This document shows, one piece after another, positions 29,004-37,158 of a stretch of DNA of 49,285 nt; within the stretch, counting starts at the first letter, position 1, and the number at the start of each line of letters is the position of its first letter. The stretch lies in the sequence record SRR22947727_1198. One strand, given 5' to 3'. The notes below the pieces were generated by a model. That model saw nothing but the letters and a program-made list of their open reading frames with translations. It had not been told where the DNA came from and made no database searches. The position numbers were made by a program, and so were the translations under genes.

Positions 29004-30182
29004 ATGAAAAATGAAGCAGCCTTACAAAATGTAGCAGAAAAGTTAGTAGAATATGCTTCCGAAGGAACCACGTTTAAAACTGATAAAATTACTACAGTGC
29101 CTTACACAGCCTACACAGATAGTGATATATGGCAAAAAGAAGTGGATAATATCTTTAAAAAATTACCTTTGTGTTTAGCAACAACTGCTGAATTAAAAGA
29201 AATTAATTCATATAAAGCTATGGAAGCCGTCGGACTGCCGATTCTTATAACCCGTGGTAAGGATGGCAAAGTAAGAGCTTTTCTAAATGTTTGCGCTCAC
29301 AGAGGCGCCCCTGTAGCAAATAAAGGATGCGGTCAGAAATCAAGATTTACGTGTAAATATCATGGATGGACATATACCAATACTGGATCACTTATGGGTG
29401 TTTCTGAACAAAAAACCTTCGGTGAAATTAAAAAAGAAAAGCGTGGATTGAGAGAATTGCCTTGTGAAGAAAAGTCAGGATTAATATTTGTAATATTAAC
29501 ACCTGACGAACCAATGGAACTTACTGCTTTCATGTCAGGGATGCTTGAAGATTTAGAAAATGCTAACTTCAAAGATTGGGCTTATCTAGGAAGCAGGGAA
29601 ATTGAAGGTGCAAATTGGAAAATTGCATTTGATGGCTATTTAGAAGGTTATCACTTCTCTCAATTACACCCAGAAACCATACACCCCCGTACGATATCAA
29701 ATTTAACTCATTACGAAGCCTTTGGCCCGCACATGCGAATTGGTTTTGCACAAACAGAGATTAAAGAAAAACTTGGAGCACAGCCGAAGGAAAGCTGGGG
29801 TAAAATGGAAAACAATGGTTTTGACTTTGTAAGAATTTTATTTCCAAATGTTTCTATATTTTTAGCTCCAGAAATAACACAAATTGCTCAACTATTCCCA
29901 GGTGAAACACCTGATAAAAACAAAACTATTTTAAACTTTTTCAGAAATACTCCGCCAAAAGATGATGAAGACAAAGCAGGTCTGGAAGGAATGATGGACT
30001 TTTTGAAGATGGTTGTTTTAGAAGAAGACTATATGATTGGTGACCTTATACAAAAAGGTCTTCAATCAGGTGCTCACGACTCAATAATACTTGGCCAAAA
30101 TGAGAGAGGCAATCAATACTTTCATGAGTGCCTAGCCTGGTATATTGCAGAAGACAAATCAGTTCCAAGACCGACCCTTTAG
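29004..30182 (+). CDS. Rieske non-heme iron oxygenase alpha subunit
   Basis: CAHRG...CKYHGW Rieske ligands; NWK..DGYLEGYH....H and distal EED mononuclear site. Confidence 0.94.
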   Translation: MKNEAALQNVAEKLVEYASEGTTFKTDKITTVPYTAYTDSDIWQKEVDNIFKKLPLCLATTAELKEINSYKAMEAVGLPILITRGKDGKVRAFLNVCAHRGAPVANKGCGQKSRFTCKYHGWTYTNTGSLMGVSEQKTFGEIKKEKRGLRELPCEEKSGLIFVILTPDEPMELTAFMSGMLEDLENANFKDWAYLGSREIEGANWKIAFDGYLEGYHFSQLHPETIHPRTISNLTHYEAFGPHMRIGFAQTEIKEKLGAQPKESWGKMENNGFDFVRILFPNVSIFLAPEITQIAQLFPGETPDKNKTILNFFRNTPPKDDEDKAGLEGMMDFLKMVVLEEDYMIGDLIQKGLQSGAHDSIILGQNERGNQYFHECLAWYIAEDKSVPRPTL

Positions 30183-30189
30183 AGATGCC

Positions 30190-31338
30190 TCAAGAAGTGG
30201 CCAAAATATTTACTGCACTTACACCAGGTGAACCATATACATGAGTGTAACCCACTTTAGGTGAATTAAGCACTTGTCTTGATCCTGCTTGCCCTCTTAA
30301 TTGAAGACAAATTTCATAAACCTGCCGTAACCCTGAGGCTCCTATGGGTTCACCATTAGCTATGCAGCCTCCATCGGTATTAACTGGAATTCTACCTGAT
30401 ATTAAAGTTTCTCCATTTTGTATTAAACTTTCTTGGTCTCCATGTTTACAAAAACCATTCTCAGCAAGATGCATTATTTCTGCTCCAACTTCAGTATCTT
30501 GTATTTGTAATACATCTATATCATCCGGACCTATCCCAGCACTTTCAAATGCAGCTTTGGCAGCATTGGATGTTGCTGTGGGTTGTATGTTTGCTGCTAA
30601 ACAAGTATCATAGACTTCGAAACTACCATAATTTTTGGTTCGCATTTCTGTAGCCTCCAGAAAAACTGCCTTAACACCCATTTTTCTAACTTCAGTTTCT
30701 GAAGTTAGTATTAATGCAGCACCCCCTTCAGCGGGACTGCAAAACATGTATTTTCGTAAAGGGTCATTAATCATTTTTGACTCAGCAATTTCTTTATATG
30801 ATACAATACTTTTACGCCATGCATTAGGATTAAGTGAACCATTTTTGAAGGCTTTTTCAGCAACCTTTACCAAGGTATCGTGTGAAATATTATAATCATG
30901 CATGTATCGTTGTAATTTAAGTGCAAAAAATTGAGTTGTTACCATTAGCCCTGTTTCAGAAACCCATGAGGGTATATCGTTATTTTTGGCACTAGGTGAA
31001 AAAGCACCACGTTCATGTTTATCAAAACCGATTGCCATAGCATATTTTGCTGCACCAGACTTTATGGCATTGGCTGCAGCGAATAACGAACTACCGCCTG
31101 TAGCACACCCAGTATATAGATTTATAAATGGTAGACCTGTTAATCCGAGTTGGTTTGTTGCTGCCATAGCGTGACCAGAAGAGCGTGAGCCTCCAAATGC
31201 AATTCCGATATCACTCCACTTTAGTCCAGCATCATCAAGAGCTTTGCGTGCAGCAAAAACACCTTGATCGAGACCAGACATTCCAGGGGTTCGACCAAAT
31301 GGATGCAACCCAATTCCTATAATTGCCACACGTTCCAT
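30190..31338 (-). CDS. SCP2-type thiolase-like protein
   Basis: GCATGG Cys, VLQIQDTE, NTDGGCIANGEPIGASGL. Confidence 0.9.
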   Translation of the reverse strand: MERVAIIGIGLHPFGRTPGMSGLDQGVFAARKALDDAGLKWSDIGIAFGGSRSSGHAMAATNQLGLTGLPFINLYTGCATGGSSLFAAANAIKSGAAKYAMAIGFDKHERGAFSPSAKNNDIPSWVSETGLMVTTQFFALKLQRYMHDYNISHDTLVKVAEKAFKNGSLNPNAWRKSIVSYKEIAESKMINDPLRKYMFCSPAEGGAALILTSETEVRKMGVKAVFLEATEMRTKNYGSFEVYDTCLAANIQPTATSNAAKAAFESAGIGPDDIDVLQIQDTEVGAEIMHLAENGFCKHGDQESLIQNGETLISGRIPVNTDGGCIANGEPIGASGLRQVYEICLQLRGQAGSRQVLNSPKVGYTHVYGSPGVSAVNILATS

Positions 31339-31743
31339 TTACTCTTTTTCTATCCTAAATTCAAAAACTGGAAGGGTTTCTCCATTAGGTTTCTCAAGAA
31401 GTGAAGTTTTTAATTCCATTCTTTGGCCAATTTCAAATTTTACAGTGCTTACCTGAAGTCTAGATTTCACTTTAACTCCGCATGGCATTTCGATAAATCC
31501 TACACCATATATTTGATAATCTTCTTTAATATCATGCAAAAAATATGGAGCTTTAGGTGCAAGGTTTTGTGTTGTCCATGACCATAATCTTCCTTTAGTT
31601 CCAAAATTTTTATTTGTCATATCAACTGATGAGCAATTAGAGCAAGATTTTGTTTTAGGAAAAAAGTATTCCTTACAATCAATACATTGTGAGCCCACAA
31701 GGCCATTATCATCAAAAACTAAATTTTCATATACAGTGTCCAT
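31339..31743 (-). CDS. DUF35 (Zn-ribbon + OB-fold, ChsH2/BbsA-like) thiolase partner
   Basis: CxxC...FP....CxxC, GRLWSWT; abuts the thiolase gene; ATG at 31743 (TTG at 31749 possible). Confidence 0.9.
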   Translation of the reverse strand: MDTVYENLVFDDNGLVGSQCIDCKEYFFPKTKSCSNCSSVDMTNKNFGTKGRLWSWTTQNLAPKAPYFLHDIKEDYQIYGVGFIEMPCGVKVKSRLQVSTVKFEIGQRMELKTSLLEKPNGETLPVFEFRIEKE

Positions 31744-31776
31744 GACCAAGTTCTAACACTTTTTGATAATAAGTCG

Positions 31777-31796
31777 CCCCCTTTAAAAAGTCAGTA
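31777..31796. promoter_or_regulatory. lux-box-like 20-mer in a divergent promoter
   Basis: CCCCCTTTAAAAAGTCAGTA; shares TAAAAAGTCAGT with the minus strand of the box at 6122. Confidence 0.5.
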
Positions 31797-31844
31797 TAAA
31801 AGATTATTGAGATGTGGTTGATGCTTAATGGAAGGGTCGTTAAT

Positions 31845-32855
31845 ATGAAAACCGATATAAATCGTCAGTGGCTTATAAATGGTAATCCGTCAGGAAGAAG
31901 CGTAAAAATAACTGATTTTAAGCGCTTAGAAAGAGATTTGATTAAGCTTGAAGACGATGAATTGAGAATAAAGGTTGAATATCTTGAGTTTACTCCTTCA
32001 CTCAAAGGACAGATGGAAAATCAGTTAGATTATGCAGCTCCAACCTCGCATGGGCAAGTAATGCGTGGCAGAGGAATAGGTGAGGTGATAGAGAGCAAAA
32101 ATCCAAAAATAAAAGTTGGCTCTAAAGTAAAAGCATACCTAGGATGGCAAGATTTTGCTACACTTAAGTCAAATCAAGTTCAGTTGATTGATAATGATAA
32201 ATTTTTATTAGCCCATCTTGGTCCTTTAGGATCATCAGGAATGACAGCATATTTTGGTTTTCTAAAAGCTGGAAAACCTAAAGAGGGGAATACAGTATTA
32301 ATATCTGGAGCAGCTGGGGCGGTAGGGTCAATGGTCGGACAAATTGCTAAAATTAAAGGCTGTTATGTAGTTGGCACGGCCGGAACGGACGAAAAATGTA
32401 ATTGGTTAATAAAAAAAGCCAAAATCGATGCTGCAATCAATTATAAAACTGGTAACCTTACTGATGAAATATCTAGAAATTGCCCTGAAGGTGCAAACAT
32501 TGTTTTTGATAATGTTGGTGGAGAGTTTCTGGATTCAGCCTTAGATTTAAAAAACTTAGCAATAGGAGCAAGGGTTGTTCTTTGTGGAGCTATATCTAGA
32601 TACGAGACATTTCCATATCCCCCAGGCCCAACAAATTATTTTAATTTGATACTACGAAGAGCAAATATGCAAGGTATACTATCACCAGATTATGCATCAG
32701 AATTTCCAAAAGCAGTCGAAGATATAAAAAGTTGGCTGGATAGTGGAAAATTTATTTATAGAGAAGATATACAAAATGGTTTCGAAAATATTCCTTTAAC
32801 CTTTTTAAGGCTTTTTTCAGGACAAAACAAAGGTAAGCAACTTATAAAAATTTAA
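31845..32855 (+). CDS. NADP-dependent enone/alkenal reductase (CurA/PTGR family)
   Basis: GMTAYFG, SGAAGAVG, FDNVGG, GQNKGK; start moved to ATG 31845 (GGAAGGG RBS). Confidence 0.9.
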   Translation: MKTDINRQWLINGNPSGRSVKITDFKRLERDLIKLEDDELRIKVEYLEFTPSLKGQMENQLDYAAPTSHGQVMRGRGIGEVIESKNPKIKVGSKVKAYLGWQDFATLKSNQVQLIDNDKFLLAHLGPLGSSGMTAYFGFLKAGKPKEGNTVLISGAAGAVGSMVGQIAKIKGCYVVGTAGTDEKCNWLIKKAKIDAAINYKTGNLTDEISRNCPEGANIVFDNVGGEFLDSALDLKNLAIGARVVLCGAISRYETFPYPPGPTNYFNLILRRANMQGILSPDYASEFPKAVEDIKSWLDSGKFIYREDIQNGFENIPLTFLRLFSGQNKGKQLIKI

Positions 32856-34258
32856 TGCTCTAATTCAGCGTTTGGAATAGATTTTTTGGTACGACCAGTT
32901 TCAATAAACTGGTCAATAAACTGATGCATATATCTGATGCGTGACTCAGTATATTCACTGAAGTTTATTTTTCCTGACTTCAAAGACTTCATGCCTGTTT
33001 GAATGTGAGGAATATTTCCAAAATCTTGATCAAGTACTATTTTTAAAGATGATGGACCTTGCTCGCAGGATGAAACTTTATCATTGTAACCTAATATAAC
33101 TTTTCTCGCAGGTTCTGGCTTTTCTTTTCCCAGAGGTATTGGCGACATCATAATTATATCCATTATTGAACCTTCAGGATTTCCGGGCTCAGGCCGCCAA
33201 CGGTATACAAGTTTAGGGCCATATCCCGCCCAAAATGTCATATGAGGGAAAATTCCATACAAGATATAGTCAAGTAATTCTGAGTCTTTAGCTTCAGAGT
33301 AATCTTTACCTGTAGTTTCATTTAATCTTTTGCGCGCGTGTTTACCCAAAAATGTACGAGCCCTAAATTCATCAGGTAGTTCTTCTAAGGCGACTCCCTC
33401 AACTCGGGCATCACCTCTTTTTTTCATTAATTCTAGTTTCTCTTTTTCGCTTGGCTGAGGTTCCATCGCTGGTGAAGCAGTAGCACCTGCTGAAATTTGC
33501 CTCGAGATGTAAGCATTAGGAAAATCATATTGGGAGTTAATATCTCCAATTGCAGGTACCAATTGGGGATGTGTAGTTTGTGAGTGATGACTTTCCATAA
33601 ACGGCTCAGCTAAAGTCTTCCAATTAGCTTTAACATGTTTTTCAAACCAAAACTCTCTATATCTATTATCCCAATCAAATGGCTCCAGGTCCTTTATCAT
33701 TGGATGTGCCAAAGAATGAAAATCAGGAGCATTATCATCCATATTGATGAAAATAAATCCAGCCCAAATTGAAACTTTAACAGAGGGTAACCTTGAATTC
33801 TCTTCATTCCATTGCGGCATATCCCAAGCAATAGGATTTCGAACTATTTTACCATCTAAAGACCAAGTAATAGCATGAAAAGGGCACTCAAATTCTGATT
33901 TTCTACAATGACCAGTAATTAATTTTCTACCTCTGTGAAGACAAGCATTATAATAAGCTTTTATTCCATTAGCAGTATTTACTATTATAAATGATTTATC
34001 AGCAATTTCGTAATGAAAGCAGTCTCCTTCATTAGGAATATCCACTATTTGGCATGCCATTTGCCAAACCCTGGACCATAAAAATTCATTTTCTAAATCG
34101 TAAAACTCTTGCGTCCAATATCTATCTGCGTCAATTCCTTCAACTCCTGTGGTTACGTTTGCTGCTGGCTCTAGAAATTTTGGCGCACCTGTAATGTCCT
34201 TAGAAATAATATCCTGATAAGTATTTTCAGGTTTAGAACTTAGTTTTTTTTCATTCAT
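32852..34258 (-). CDS. Rieske non-heme iron oxygenase alpha subunit
   Basis: CLHRG...CPFH; NWK..EPFMESHH...TH; LDQD. Confidence 0.93.
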   Translation of the reverse strand: MNEKKLSSKPENTYQDIISKDITGAPKFLEPAANVTTGVEGIDADRYWTQEFYDLENEFLWSRVWQMACQIVDIPNEGDCFHYEIADKSFIIVNTANGIKAYYNACLHRGRKLITGHCRKSEFECPFHAITWSLDGKIVRNPIAWDMPQWNEENSRLPSVKVSIWAGFIFINMDDNAPDFHSLAHPMIKDLEPFDWDNRYREFWFEKHVKANWKTLAEPFMESHHSQTTHPQLVPAIGDINSQYDFPNAYISRQISAGATASPAMEPQPSEKEKLELMKKRGDARVEGVALEELPDEFRARTFLGKHARKRLNETTGKDYSEAKDSELLDYILYGIFPHMTFWAGYGPKLVYRWRPEPGNPEGSIMDIIMMSPIPLGKEKPEPARKVILGYNDKVSSCEQGPSSLKIVLDQDFGNIPHIQTGMKSLKSGKINFSEYTESRIRYMHQFIDQFIETGRTKKSIPNAELEH

Positions 34259-34291
34259 AACTTATACTTGCTATATTATTGAATATATTAC

Positions 34292-34311
34292 TCCCGCTAA
34301 AAAGAATAGGT
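34292..34311. promoter_or_regulatory. lux-box-like 20-mer in a divergent promoter
   Basis: TCCCGCTAAAAAGAATAGGT; TGTAAT preceded by TG exactly 20 nt downstream. Confidence 0.5.
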
Positions 34312-34369
34312 GTTTTATTAAAAAATGGTGATGTAATGATTGAACAAAGTAAATTAACAGGAATAAATC

Positions 34370-35128
34370 ATGGATCTAGGCTTAAAAAGAAAAAAAGTAA
34401 TTCTCACGGGAGGAAGTAGAGGCTTGGGTAGAGCTGCACTTGAACTGTATGCGGCCGAAGGAGCAGATATAGCTTTTTTTTCTAGAAATCCAGATGGCGT
34501 ACGCGAAGCTGAAGTAAGCCTAAAGAGACATGGTGGAAAAGTTTTCGCAGAAGCTTTTGAGGTAAAGGACATGGAGAGTTATTCTACTTGGCTGGCAAGG
34601 GCAGCGGAAGAACTCGGAGGATGCGATATATTTGTACATAACATTAGTTCTTCAGGTGCTGGTGGATCAGGGGATTGGGATATGACTTTTAATCTCGATA
34701 TAAAAGCTGCTGTAACATCAATCAGTACTTTAGAGCCTTATCTTGAAAAATCACAAGATGGTTCTGTGATTTTCATGGCTTCTACTGCAGCCATTGAAAC
34801 CTTTATAAGACCTCAAGCATTTAATGCCTTAAAAGCAGCATTAATAACATATGGTAAACAACTTTCACAATCATTAGGGACAAAAGGAATAAGGGTAAAT
34901 ATGGTATCGCCAGGGCCAATAGTTTTCCCTGGAGGAAATTGGTCTAAAGTCAAGGAGGCAAAACCAGATTTTTACGATATGACTAAAGCGCAAATGGTTC
35001 TCGGGCGTTTTGGTACTCCAGAGGATGTTGCTAAAACAGTTGTATTTATTTCAAGTCCAGCTTCAAATTATACTACTGGCACTAATGTTATTATTGATGG
35101 TGGTTACACAAAACGTGTGCAGTTTTAA
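34370..35128 (+). CDS. SDR family protein, paralog of 107..871 with catalytic Tyr->Phe
   Basis: TGGSRGLG; AFNALK in place of YxxxK; identical C-terminus DGGYTKRVQF. Confidence 0.9.
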   Translation: MDLGLKRKKVILTGGSRGLGRAALELYAAEGADIAFFSRNPDGVREAEVSLKRHGGKVFAEAFEVKDMESYSTWLARAAEELGGCDIFVHNISSSGAGGSGDWDMTFNLDIKAAVTSISTLEPYLEKSQDGSVIFMASTAAIETFIRPQAFNALKAALITYGKQLSQSLGTKGIRVNMVSPGPIVFPGGNWSKVKEAKPDFYDMTKAQMVLGRFGTPEDVAKTVVFISSPASNYTTGTNVIIDGGYTKRVQF

Positions 35129-35137
35129 ACGCTGAAC

Positions 35138-36700
35138 GTGACAGCACTCAAAAAAGCAAAATCAATTGGAGACATAAGCCGTGTTCAAGCGATCCAAAGA
35201 GCTGAAAGCATAGCCCTTATATTTGATGATGAGCGTATAAATTACAAAACATTAGATAAAATGGCTTCACAATCAGCTAATGGGCTTATTGCTGCTGGTG
35301 TAAAAAAAAATGATCGAATTTGTTATTTAGGTACCAACTCAGCTCATTATTTTGAGTTAATTCTAGCTGCCTCAAAAGTTGCGGGAGTAATGTGTCCTAT
35401 AAATTGGCGGCTATCAGTTAATGAAGTTTTGTATATTCTTGAAGATACGGACGCTAAAATAATATTTGTTACAAATGAGTTCGAAGAAACAGTAAATAAA
35501 GCACTTTCAAAAATAACCAGAAATATACCTATAATTAATATAAATGACTTCGATGACTGGAGAGGAAAAAATAAATTAACGGATCCAAATGTTGAATGCG
35601 GCTTAAAAGATGATGTTATACAGCTTTACACATCAGGCACTACTGGCTACCCAAAAGGGGTAAGACTATCAAACCAATCATTACTACTTACCCGAGAGCG
35701 TGAGTCACAGATATCAAGTCCTGAGTGGAGCAAGTGGCATCACAATGATGTAAGTTTAATCTCTATGCCCTGTTTTCATATGGGAGGAACAAATTATGGA
35801 CTTTCAACACTTTATGCCGGTGCAACTGGTGTAATTACGTCGCAATTTAACCCCTTAAACCAAATAAACCTTATTAAAAAATATGGAATTACCAAGCAGT
35901 TTATTGTGCCTACTGCATTACGTATTATGCTTGAGGAAAATTCTTTGAGTAATACGGAATTAGCATCGCTGAAATATATATCTTATGGTTCATCGCCAAT
36001 ACCCTTAGATTTAATGGCTGCCGCGATGAAAAAGTTTGGATGTAAATTTATACAAAAATATGGAATGACAGAAACTGGCGGTAGCTGTACGGCTTTGCCA
36101 CCAGAAGACCATACAATACCGCCTAACCCAAAGATGAATTCTGTAGGAAAAGCATTGAATGGAGTGAAAATAAAAATAATTAATCAGAGTGGAGAAGATC
36201 AAAAATTTGGTGAAACAGGAGAAATAGTTATTCAAAGCACTGGAAACATGAATGGTTATTGGAAAAACACTCAAGAAACCAAAAAATCATTACTTCATGG
36301 TAATTGGCTTAAAACTGGGGACGTCGGATACTTAGATCAAGAAGGTTATTTATATATACTTGATCGAGTTAAAGACATGATAGTAAGCGGTGGTGAAAAT
36401 ATATATTCCGCCGAGGTTGAAAGGGCACTTAAGGAAAATCCCGAGATAGATGAAGTTGCTGTTATTGGAGTGCCAGATAAAAAATGGGGAGAATCTGTTA
36501 AAGCATGTGTGGTTTTAAAATTAGGCATACCCCAAAACGAAACTAAAATCATCTCAGAATGCAAGAAAATACTTGCAAGCTATAAGTGCCCCAAAAGTAT
36601 AGATTTTTTATCTATTCTTCCTCGAAGTAGTAGTGGTAAAATTTTAAAAAGAGAATTAAGGAAGCCCTATTGGTTAGAAAATAGCAAACAAGTGAATTAA
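35138..36700 (+). CDS. Acyl-CoA synthetase (long-chain fatty-acid-CoA ligase family)
   Basis: YTSGTTGYPKG, YGMTE, TGD, DRVKDMIVSGGENIY, GKILK; GTG start. Confidence 0.94.
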   Translation: MTALKKAKSIGDISRVQAIQRAESIALIFDDERINYKTLDKMASQSANGLIAAGVKKNDRICYLGTNSAHYFELILAASKVAGVMCPINWRLSVNEVLYILEDTDAKIIFVTNEFEETVNKALSKITRNIPIININDFDDWRGKNKLTDPNVECGLKDDVIQLYTSGTTGYPKGVRLSNQSLLLTRERESQISSPEWSKWHHNDVSLISMPCFHMGGTNYGLSTLYAGATGVITSQFNPLNQINLIKKYGITKQFIVPTALRIMLEENSLSNTELASLKYISYGSSPIPLDLMAAAMKKFGCKFIQKYGMTETGGSCTALPPEDHTIPPNPKMNSVGKALNGVKIKIINQSGEDQKFGETGEIVIQSTGNMNGYWKNTQETKKSLLHGNWLKTGDVGYLDQEGYLYILDRVKDMIVSGGENIYSAEVERALKENPEIDEVAVIGVPDKKWGESVKACVVLKLGIPQNETKIISECKKILASYKCPKSIDFLSILPRSSSGKILKRELRKPYWLENSKQVN

Positions 36701-36707
36701 GCTTAGA

Positions 36708-36727
36708 GACTAAGCTTTTTACCAGTA
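36708..36727. promoter_or_regulatory. lux-box-like 20-mer (weak) upstream of CMD-P450
   Basis: GACTAAGCTTTTTACCAGTA (CT-N12-AG), TAAATT 20 nt downstream. Confidence 0.35.
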
Positions 36728-36786
36728 TTTATAGGAAAAAAAAGACTTAAATTGATTAAAATAAAAGCATAGAAAGTGACTAAGTA

Positions 36787-37131
36787 ATGAATACAAACTG
36801 GACCGATAAATTACAGAATTTAAAAAAAACAACCGGCACCCTTGCTTCTAGTTCACCTGAAACTATGAAAATTTTTGGAAGTTTAGCATTAACTGTCACT
36901 AAAGACGGAGCATTATCTAAAAAAAACAAAGAACTCATGGCAATAGCGATATCAATATGCATTAGGTGTGAAGACTGTATCGCATATCATATGCAAAATG
37001 CAATTAAAGCTCAAGCATCCAGGGAAGAAGTTATTGAATCAATTAATGTTGCCATAGAGATGGGAGGCGGGCCATCAACTGTTTATGGAGGTAAGGCTAT
37101 TGCTGCATATGAAGAATTTACTCGCGCATAA
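36787..37131 (+). CDS. Carboxymuconolactone decarboxylase/AhpD-like protein
   Basis: GALS.K.KELMA, CEDCIAYH, MGGGPS. Confidence 0.92.
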   Translation: MNTNWTDKLQNLKKTTGTLASSSPETMKIFGSLALTVTKDGALSKKNKELMAIAISICIRCEDCIAYHMQNAIKAQASREEVIESINVAIEMGGGPSTVYGGKAIAAYEEFTRA

Positions 37132-37158
37132 TAAATACATAAATTTATTATCCACTTT

